Of a stretch of DNA of 64,000 nt, positions 1-7,751 are shown one piece after another. Source of the DNA: a bacterium (GTDB taxonomy: Bacteria; Zhuqueibacterota; Zhuqueibacteria; Residuimicrobiales; Krinioviventaceae); NCBI GenBank assembly GCA_963674595.2, contig CAXXFV010000003.1:96001-160000 (forward strand), given 5' to 3'. Positions within the stretch are counted from its first letter, which is position 1; each line of letters begins with the position of its first letter. The notes below the pieces were generated by a model. That model was not told the DNA's origin and ran no database searches. It saw only the letters and a program-made list of their open reading frames with translations. The translations under genes were made by a program, and so were the position numbers.

Positions 1-261
1 CCTGACAAACCGGAAATTACTAAAAGCATATCAAAACTATTATTAAACAGGTTGCTTGAGAAAGATTTAGATAGAGCCAAAATTATTGTAGATACAACCG
101 GTGGTAAAGTACCAATGTCAATTGGAGCGTTTCAGGCTGCCGAAGAATTAAATATTTCATCTATATATGTAATTGGAAGAGGTAAAAACGGATGGATCGA
201 AAAGCCCAAGAATCGAGAGGACGGTGTCCCAAAATTTATGAGTGACCATACTGAGTTCTAA
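1..261 (+). CDS. CARF-domain protein, C-terminal part (5' end outside window)
   Basis: Frame is open from base 1 (PDKPEITKSISKLLLNRLLEKDL...). It contains IIVDTTGGKVPMSIGA, the CARF D-x-T-G-G-x-K-x-M-S type motif, close to the C-terminus, and lies upstream of cas6. Confidence 0.75.
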   Translation, partial: PDKPEITKSISKLLLNRLLEKDLDRAKIIVDTTGGKVPMSIGAFQAAEELNISSIYVIGRGKNGWIEKPKNREDGVPKFMSDHTEF

Positions 262-283
262 GAATCAATCATAGGAGTTCACT

Positions 284-1390
284 ATGCCAAAATATACACA
301 TACCAAAGTTAAACGAAGGGGTAAAATAGACGGCCGTGACTGGAAATACAGTTTTTGGCCGTTTAAAATAGACAAACCACAGGAGCCAAATCCCGACCAG
401 GAACAACCGGCCCAGTTTGAAAATGAACTTTTAAAAGCAGCTGAAAACGACATATCGAAGGAGAAAGAAAACTGGGTAGATGTGGACAAAAAATTGAAAA
501 CTGAATATTGTCAAAGTTTACAAAGGCTTGAGCATGCGAACAAAAATTATATCAAAGAATCTGAAGAAGCAAAAGTGGCAAAAATAGATTTTGAGAAAGC
601 AAAGGCAAAATATGAGGAATTTACTCTCCCTCCTTTATCAGAAAAATGGCGCAATAGTTGGTTGTTTGTAATTGCCATTGGCGAGTTCCCGCTCAACAGC
701 ATTGTATTTCAATTGTTTGGAGCAAGCAGATTTGACACCTACCTCATGTCGTTAATACTCTGTATTGCCATTCCATTTTTGGGCCATGCATGGGGCGAAG
801 CATTAAAACAGGATCATAAAACTGGAGGTGACAAAGGATTTGTACTGGGCATTCCGATTGTAATACTCTTTATTTTAGGTGCAATTGCGTTTATTAGAGC
901 TAAATTCTTCGAGGCAATGGACACAATGGAATTGATGGGTGTAGAAATCACACCTATTCAAATGACAATTCTTTTTATCATAATAAACATTGGTATATTT
1001 TTGCTGGCTGTTATCATTTCATACGAGGCCAGCCATTCGAATAAAAAACAATATAAATCTGTTTGCTTTAGATACAAAGCGGCATTAAAATCGCTTGAAA
1101 AAGAGGCCACAGAAGCAACACAGGCGGGGCAGGCGTTAGCCCATGCAGAAACAGAATTCCAAACTGCTAGGCAAACAAGGGCTAAAACACATGAGAAATA
1201 CCTGCAAAAAGCAAACACCATTGTGGATTACACAGAGTGGCTTATTACAACATACAGGGCTGCAAATATGAAAGATCGTAAAATTATCCCACCATGTTTC
1301 AAGGAAGAACCTAAAATTCCTGCTATACCAAACGATTTATATGAATTAGACTGGAACTGTCCAAAATGGTTAAGCGGAGAAGAATTATGA
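284..1390 (+). CDS. Uncharacterised membrane protein (coiled coil - about 4 TM helices - coiled coil) in the cas operon
   Basis: GGAG RBS; four hydrophobic segments (approx. aa 125-250) flanked by charged helical regions; ATGA overlap with the next gene. Confidence 0.75.
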   Translation: MPKYTHTKVKRRGKIDGRDWKYSFWPFKIDKPQEPNPDQEQPAQFENELLKAAENDISKEKENWVDVDKKLKTEYCQSLQRLEHANKNYIKESEEAKVAKIDFEKAKAKYEEFTLPPLSEKWRNSWLFVIAIGEFPLNSIVFQLFGASRFDTYLMSLILCIAIPFLGHAWGEALKQDHKTGGDKGFVLGIPIVILFILGAIAFIRAKFFEAMDTMELMGVEITPIQMTILFIIINIGIFLLAVIISYEASHSNKKQYKSVCFRYKAALKSLEKEATEATQAGQALAHAETEFQTARQTRAKTHEKYLQKANTIVDYTEWLITTYRAANMKDRKIIPPCFKEEPKIPAIPNDLYELDWNCPKWLSGEEL

Positions 1391-2133
1391 AAAAATTATA
1401 TTCTGTTTTATTGCCACTTTTGCTCATTTCATGTTCTGGTCAAAAAACAGGTTCGAATAATAACAAATGTGTTTGTATATTGTTTGATCTCTCACTATCG
1501 ACACAATCGGACCAAATAAGAGATAACTATATGCTGGAATTGAGTAAAGTAATGGAGAAAATTGATCCTGGTGACGTGTTTATTGCAGCTCTTATTACAG
1601 GTCATTCAATAAGCGAACTTGAGTTTTGTGTTCAATACGAATTCAAATCATTTAATCCAACAAATGATAATGAATTACTTAGAAAAGCAGAATTGACAAA
1701 ATATCTAAAACAGCAATCAGTTACTAAAGACTCGCTTATTTCTATTATTGATTCTACACTACATAAAAAAATACGAATATTAAAAACAGAAATTATGGGT
1801 GCTTTGGATGTAGCAGCCCGTACATTTCGAAATTATAATATGTCCAAAAATGTATTGGTTGTTTTCTCTGATATGCTTGAAGATTCCCAATTTTACAAAT
1901 TTGAAAAAGAAAACTTAACATCCAAAAGAATTGCAGCAATAATAAATAATGAAAAATCCTGTGAACGCTTGCCAAGTCTTCAAGATGTGAAAATTTATGT
2001 AACAGGTGCCATGTCGAAGAACAGAAAACAGTTTTTAGCCGTTAGAAATTTTTGGATGAATTATTTTTCCGAATGTGGTGCATTACTGTCAGAAGACCAC
2101 TATGGCAGCATACTCATAAGATTTGATGAATGA
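1387..2133 (+). CDS. Lipoprotein with vWA-like (MIDAS) domain
   Basis: Start moved to ATG 1387 (MKKLYSVLLPLLLISC, lipobox). Motifs ILFDLSLS (DxSxS), TEIMGAL and LVVFSDM are typical of vWA folds. Confidence 0.7.
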   Translation: MKKLYSVLLPLLLISCSGQKTGSNNNKCVCILFDLSLSTQSDQIRDNYMLELSKVMEKIDPGDVFIAALITGHSISELEFCVQYEFKSFNPTNDNELLRKAELTKYLKQQSVTKDSLISIIDSTLHKKIRILKTEIMGALDVAARTFRNYNMSKNVLVVFSDMLEDSQFYKFEKENLTSKRIAAIINNEKSCERLPSLQDVKIYVTGAMSKNRKQFLAVRNFWMNYFSECGALLSEDHYGSILIRFDE

Positions 2134-2139
2134 TTAGAA

Positions 2140-3117
2140 TTGAAACCAACTATGCATCTACTTCCAATAGAAAAAATGCCGTTTAAATTTGCAGTTGTCA
2201 ATATGCAATTACAAGTACAATCGCCACTGTTTTTCAACAAGTATCCGGGTTTTATTTTGCGGAGTGGATTTGGTGCAGCTTTAAAAGAACTCTGTAGATA
2301 CGATTCAAGGCACATACCTTGTAACCAATGCCGGTTGGTGGACAGTTGCCCATATTCCTATATTTTTGAAACATATAATCCACAAGAACGCAAAATAGAT
2401 TTTAATGCAGAAAAATTTCCGCATCCATTTGTGTTTTATTTGCATGAAATTGATAATAAATATTTTCCATCAGGTTCAACATTAAATATAACTTTAACAT
2501 TGTTTGGAAATGGAATAGATTATTTGTTATTTTACATTTATGCCTTTGACGTTTTAGGAGAAATGGGTCTGGGGCCAAAACGTGGTAAATTTATGCTTAC
2601 CAAAGTTTCCGATCATTTTACAGGGAAATCTCTCTATGAAGCGCAAAGTAAAACGGTTTTAGAAAATCCTCATGCTATTACTTTGAACGATTTGGAACCT
2701 AATTTAAAAAAAATTAAGAATAGTAAAATTTTATTTATTATACCTACCACAATCGCTAAAAATAACAGAACAATAGATACACTAACATCAGAAATATTTA
2801 TACGCAGTTTACTTCGTCGGGCGTCGTTGCTTGCCAAACTGCATACCAGCAATAAATGGGAACTGGATTATATAAAAGTAATTGACAAATTTTGTAATAA
2901 AGTAGATATTAAAGAGTCACAACTGGTTGTGAAGCCTTATGACATATATTCATCAAGACAAGGCCGCTCACGTTTAATACATGCATTTAAAGGAAGTGCA
3001 TTAATAAAGGGAGAATTGACTCCATTTTGGCCTTTGTTAAAATTAGGTTCTTTTATGCATATTGGCAACAGCACAAGCCAAGGATTTGGTAAATATGAAC
3101 TTGCAGTGATTGAATAA
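2140..3117 (+). CDS. cas6: CRISPR pre-crRNA processing endoribonuclease Cas6
   Basis: LRSGFG motif, Cys cluster C-x6-C-x2-C-x5-CPY, PHPF, and C-terminal Gly-rich loop HIGNSTSQGFGKY; immediately precedes the array leader. Confidence 0.92.
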   Translation: MKPTMHLLPIEKMPFKFAVVNMQLQVQSPLFFNKYPGFILRSGFGAALKELCRYDSRHIPCNQCRLVDSCPYSYIFETYNPQERKIDFNAEKFPHPFVFYLHEIDNKYFPSGSTLNITLTLFGNGIDYLLFYIYAFDVLGEMGLGPKRGKFMLTKVSDHFTGKSLYEAQSKTVLENPHAITLNDLEPNLKKIKNSKILFIIPTTIAKNNRTIDTLTSEIFIRSLLRRASLLAKLHTSNKWELDYIKVIDKFCNKVDIKESQLVVKPYDIYSSRQGRSRLIHAFKGSALIKGELTPFWPLLKLGSFMHIGNSTSQGFGKYELAVIE

Positions 3118-3126
3118 TATTTTCTA

Positions 3127-3334
3127 TAAAAAACCATTTACTCAAAACGCCCTTAAAAAGGGGTAGTATAGAGTAAAAGCTGTAGTTTCATTAAAATAAA
3201 GGCACTTAGGGCAGTTTTTTGTTGATTTTTACCCCGAAAAATAGCATAAAAAAAGTTCGAAAAACGTCAAATTTTCGAGAATATGGTTTTGCACAACTTA
3301 ACCTATTGTTATTAAAGGGCAAATCAAGGCAGCT
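3127..3334 (+). promoter_or_regulatory. CRISPR leader of array 1
   Basis: AT-rich non-coding 208 bp abutting the first repeat; nearly identical to 12109-12317. Confidence 0.9.
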
Positions 3335-4170
3335 GTCGGAATACTACCCAGGACTAATACTGGATTGAGACATAGCTATATACTGCTTGAAAAATCTTTG
3401 ACTCGCCGGGTCGGAATACTACCCAGGACTAATACTGGATTGAGACATTGGCTATTTCAATTAGATTATCAAAGTAACCTATTTGTCGGAATACTACCCA
3501 GGACTAATACTGGATTGAGACATCTTTAATAAAACTCCTTTACCAGTGTAGTCTCCCTCCGTCGGAATACTACCCAGGACTAATACTGGATTGAGACTTT
3601 AAAAATCTATTTTTGCCATCTCCGCAGCATCTCCGTCGGAATACTACCCAGGACTAATACTGGATTGAGACATTATAACCGGGTAAGCCAGGAAGATCAG
3701 TGGCGACCAGTCGGAATACTACCCAGGACTAATACTGGATTGAGACTTTTCAATAAGCAAACTCGTTGGCATTTGGATTTTTGATGTCGGAATACTACCC
3801 AGGACTAATACTGGATTGAGACAACATCTGAGAAACTATTGTAAGAAATGCCCAAATAATGTCGGAATACTACCCAGGACTAATACTGGATTGAGACTTT
3901 TTTCACATCTCTTTCAATTTGCCCACGTTGTGCAGTCGGAATACTACCCAGGACTAATACTGGATTGAGACAATTAAAGTGTAGAGCCACGAATGCGTGT
4001 CATGTAATGTCGGAATACTACCCAGGACTAATACTGGATTGAGACTTTATTTTTTTTGGAAGATTTCCAGGGCCACATAATGCGTCGGAATACTACCCAG
4101 GACTAATACTGGATTGAGACAGAATTCATATCCGTGAAATTGCAATAAAAAAATGGACACCTAGTTAAGT

Positions 4171-4992
4171 TTAAGCTGCTTTATTAAATTTTAAGAATTG
4201 TACTGGTGACATATTGCCCAAAAAGGAATGAATTCTTTTTCGGTTGTAAAATATTTCAATATATTCAAATATTGATTGCTTCGCAATTAATCGTGTTTCA
4301 TAAGTATGATGATAAATCAGTTCTTTTTTCAAAGTACCAAAAAAGCTTTCAGCAACAGCGTTGTCGTAGCAGTTTCCTTTTCCGGACATACTTTGGACCA
4401 TTTGAAAAAGAGCTAACATTTTTCTGAATTCTTTACATGCATATTGAACACCACGGTCCGAATGAAAAATCAAATCTGTTGAAGGACGAAAACGATGATA
4501 TGCATGTTTTAGGGCCGGGATTGTTGTTGAAGAAGCATGCAGGTTGTTACTCATGGCCCAGCCGACAACCTGGCGATTGTATAAATCAATGATCACTGTC
4601 AGGTACAACCATCCTTTGCGAGTCGGGATGTATGTAATATCAGAAACCCAGACTTTATTGGGTTGATTGACTGTAAAATTCTGTTGTAAAAGATTTGGTG
4701 ATATTGGCAGTCTGTGATCACTATTTGTGGTTACTTTGAATTTACGTTTTGTTTTTGCACAAATTTTGTTCTTTCTCATTAAACGAGCAACACGCGGACG
4801 GCTGACAATCAAGTTTTCCTTATGTAACTCTTGTGTTATTCTGGGACTGCCATAGCTTCCTCTGGATTCCTTGTGGATATGTTTGATCCGTTCAAGTATC
4901 TTTTTGTTTTCCAGTTCTCGTTGACTCATTGGTCGCTTGCTCCAGGTATAAAACCCGCCCCGGCTGACATTGAGAACCTGGCACATTTTCAC
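4171..4992 (-). CDS. IS3 transposase OrfB (DDE integrase core); probably joined to OrfA by -1 frameshift
   Basis: YGSPRI, WVSDITY, HSDRGVQY, DNAVAESFFGTLKKE, YNRKRIHS motifs; frame extends upstream (KFGFIQKHQQEFPIV). Confidence 0.95.
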   Translation of the reverse strand: MKMCQVLNVSRGGFYTWSKRPMSQRELENKKILERIKHIHKESRGSYGSPRITQELHKENLIVSRPRVARLMRKNKICAKTKRKFKVTTNSDHRLPISPNLLQQNFTVNQPNKVWVSDITYIPTRKGWLYLTVIIDLYNRQVVGWAMSNNLHASSTTIPALKHAYHRFRPSTDLIFHSDRGVQYACKEFRKMLALFQMVQSMSGKGNCYDNAVAESFFGTLKKELIYHHTYETRLIAKQSIFEYIEIFYNRKRIHSFLGNMSPVQFLKFNKAA

Positions 4993-5033
4993 TATTGGGA
5001 ATTCCTGTTGATGCTTTTGGATAAACCCAAACT

Positions 5034-5330
5034 TTAATGGGACGGTTTTGAGAAAATGGCCACAGCTTTTTTTAATATATCCCGCTCCAGTTTTACGTCT
5101 GCAAGTTCTTTACGCAGTTTCTGTATTTCATCACTTTCTTTGCTGTTCCCTAGTCCTGGAAAGGAATGTTCTTTATCAATTTTGTATTCTCGAACCCACT
5201 TGGAGAGAAGGTTAGGCTCAATACCAAGATTTCTGGCAACTTCTGAAGCATTACCATTGCTTTTAGAAAGTACAAGCTGAACAGCTTCTATTTTGAATTC
5301 TTTTGTGTAACGTCGTCTTCTGTTTGTCAT
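5034..5330 (-). CDS. IS3 transposase OrfA (HTH)
   Basis: RRYTKEFKIEAVQLV...VARNLGI...ERDILKKAVAIFSK, typical of OrfA. Confidence 0.93.
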   Translation of the reverse strand: MTNRRRRYTKEFKIEAVQLVLSKSNGNASEVARNLGIEPNLLSKWVREYKIDKEHSFPGLGNSKESDEIQKLRKELADVKLERDILKKAVAIFSKPSH

Positions 5331-6388
5331 GTGGACACCTCCTTTGGTTTATAATATAAAAAGTGCTTAACTTTGTGTCCACTAAAATATAGCAACTTTA
5401 CCGTTTTGAGGATTCCTGGTAATTTGTCGGAATACTACCCAGGACTAATACTGGATTGAGACTTTATAGGCACCTGGGTTAGTCCAGGTCAAGACCTTCA
5501 GTCGGAATACTACCCAGGACTAATACTGGATTGAGACATTTGGGATTTATTAGACTAAACAGTTCCAATCTCAGTCGGAATACTACCCAGGACTAATACT
5601 GGATTGAGACACATTGAATTAAAATTGTTATTGTATGTATTGCAAAGTCGGAATACTACCCAGGACTAATACTGGATTGAGACAAAAAGACCGCAATCGG
5701 CGATAAACTCGTCTCCTTCATGTCGGAATACTACCCAGGACTAATACTGGATTGAGACATTGAAATACTTCATTAGATGTGTCCTTAACCATTAACCGTC
5801 GGAATACTACCCAGGACTAATACTGGATTGAGACTTTCGTTGGATCCATTGGTTGACCATTAGACATGATTTGTCGGAATACTACCCAGGACTAATACTG
5901 GATTGAGACTACGGTTATCCACTACCGCTCCAACCAACATCAACGGTCGGAATACTACCCAGGACTAATACTGGATTGAGACATCCCCATCACGAGAGGT
6001 GATCCTCCGCATCCAGGTCGGAATACTACCCAGGACTAATACTGGATTGAGACATTTGTAAGAAATTTTTGATTATTATAAACTTTCAATGTCGGAATAC
6101 TACCCAGGACTAATACTGGATTGAGACATCCATGGCGCCGGTTCGTTAAACGACATATGAACGCCAGTCGGAATACTACCCAGGACTAATACTGGATTGA
6201 GACACTGCCAAATCATTTTCGATAAAATAAATCCATGCTTTGTCGGAATACTACTCAGGACTAATACTGGATTGAGACTTGAATATGAACCATTTGTGCA
6301 CGTATAAAAATTACCGTCGGAATACTACCCAGGACTAATACTGGATTGAGACTTTTATGTGTTTAATGTTATGATAAATTTTCGTTTT

Positions 6389-6425
6389 GTATCAATAGGA
6401 TCCACACAGATCGAGGCCATGAGAT
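6389..6425 (+). repeat. Highly degenerate terminal repeat of array 1
   Basis: GTATCAATAGGATCCACACAGATCGAGGCCATGAGAT, 37 bp, 36 bp after the last perfect repeat; about 17/37 identical to the repeat. Confidence 0.5.
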
Positions 6426-6554
6426 TGTTGCTTACAAAAAATGAAAAAGTGTCCAAGAAGGTTTGACATATCTAATATATCATTAATTAAAAGCGAAAAT
6501 CATTATCATATTTGATTCAGGAGCAAAGTGAGATACAACTGAAAAGGAGTTTAT

Positions 6555-7667
6555 ATGTCCAAAACACTCATCAGCCTAATAAGCGATCAAACAATTCCCA
6601 ATTTATTGTTAATAAGGGAATTCCCTGAAGTAGAGAATCATGTCTTTATTACAACACCGGAAATGGAAGCAAAAAAAAAATCCGATCATTTACAAAATGC
6701 GGCGAACTTAGCAGACACAAAAATTAATAAACTGATTGTGCAAGCGGACTCGCTTCTTGATGTTGAGGAAAAACTCGGGAAAGCAAACTTGACCGAGCAA
6801 AATCAATATATCATCAATTTAACTGGTGGAACCAAATTGATGTCGATAGGACTGTATAACTTCTTTCGGAACTCAAAATTAATGTGCGATATGTATTATA
6901 TTGATATTCGCAAGCACACATATCGCAAGGTTTTTCCGGTGGTAAAGAAAAAGGAAAAACAGTTTAAAGGGAATTTGGGGCTACAAGAGTATTTAACCGG
7001 CTATGGTCTAGGCATAAAAAATTCGAATCAAATAAATGACCTTACTTGTGAGCCGGAGGTTACATCCTCATTTTATAAAAAATATCTTTCTTTTAGCGAT
7101 TTTGACCTCAGTTTGCTTTCAGCCTTGCGGGCCAATCGCAAAAGGAAATTACAACTGGATGCAACAGAAGCAACCATGTTAAAAAAACGATGGGGCATTA
7201 CGCTTTCTAATGAAGGATTTATAGATAAAAGTGAAATTCATTTTTTAACTGGTGAATGGTTTGAGGAATATGTTTATTCGTGGATAAAATCATACCTCAA
7301 TCTAAAGGATGAGCAAATCGGCACCGGAGTATCTATTACGCGTAAGGAAGTAGAAAATGAATTTGATGTTTTGTTCTATCATAATCATACTTTGTCAGTA
7401 ATTGAATGTAAAACTGGTTTGTGGAACAGTACTGCGAATCGGAATATTCTTGGAGATACACTGTATAAACTGGACGCATTAAGAAGCGATTTTGGCCTTC
7501 GTGTTAAACCGTATATATTCACTCTAGCAGAACGTGGGGACGAAAAGTATAATATCCGGGAACATCACGAAGAACGGGCAAAATGGATGGGTGTTGAGAT
7601 TGTTGACAGATCAATTTTATTAAATCCGGAAAAGCGGGCAATGTTGATGAATAAAATTAAGGGATGA
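6555..7667 (+). CDS. card1: Card1/Can2-like cOA-activated nuclease (CARF + DUF1887 PD-(D/E)xK)
   Basis: N-terminal SLISDQTIPN, CARF motif NLTGGTKLMS, nuclease motifs GEWFEEYV and NEFDV...IECKTG. Confidence 0.88.
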   Translation: MSKTLISLISDQTIPNLLLIREFPEVENHVFITTPEMEAKKKSDHLQNAANLADTKINKLIVQADSLLDVEEKLGKANLTEQNQYIINLTGGTKLMSIGLYNFFRNSKLMCDMYYIDIRKHTYRKVFPVVKKKEKQFKGNLGLQEYLTGYGLGIKNSNQINDLTCEPEVTSSFYKKYLSFSDFDLSLLSALRANRKRKLQLDATEATMLKKRWGITLSNEGFIDKSEIHFLTGEWFEEYVYSWIKSYLNLKDEQIGTGVSITRKEVENEFDVLFYHNHTLSVIECKTGLWNSTANRNILGDTLYKLDALRSDFGLRVKPYIFTLAERGDEKYNIREHHEERAKWMGVEIVDRSILLNPEKRAMLMNKIKG

Positions 7668-7751
7668 TAGACACAATCCAAGACAACGACATATCGAGTT
7701 TTTCGCCCTTGTTTATGATATACAGAATTTCTAAAACCAAGGACAAATGCA

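Larger units (their letters stand above)
4135..5400 (-). mobile_element. IS3-family insertion sequence, 1266 bp, 3-bp target duplication CCG
   Basis: Imperfect 35-bp TIRs: TGAAATTGCAATAAAAAAATGGACACCTAGTTAAG and the revcomp of the other end, TAAAGTTGCTATATTTTAGTGGACACAAAGTTAAG. CCG at 4132-4134 and 5401-5403. orfA/orfB with an A7G slippery site. Confidence 0.96.
3335..6352 (+). CRISPR. CRISPR array 1: 24 x 37-bp repeat GTCGGAATACTACCCAGGACTAATACTGGATTGAGAC, 23 spacers (34-39 bp), spacer 11 interrupted by IS3
   Basis: 11 repeats at 3335-4120 and 13 at 5426-6352; one variant (TACTCAGG) at 6242. Internal CCAG/CTGG hairpin; 3' end ATTGAGAC. Orientation taken from the leader. Confidence 0.99.

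Noticed and set aside
3598-3634. Array 1 spacer 4 has a 17-nt antisense match (TGGCAAAAATAGATTTT) to 576-592 in the 4-TM gene, suggesting self-regulation
   Set aside because: Only about 25/37 overall and the core is A/T-rich. With about 60 spacers and 128 kb of target strands, one such hit is plausible by chance.
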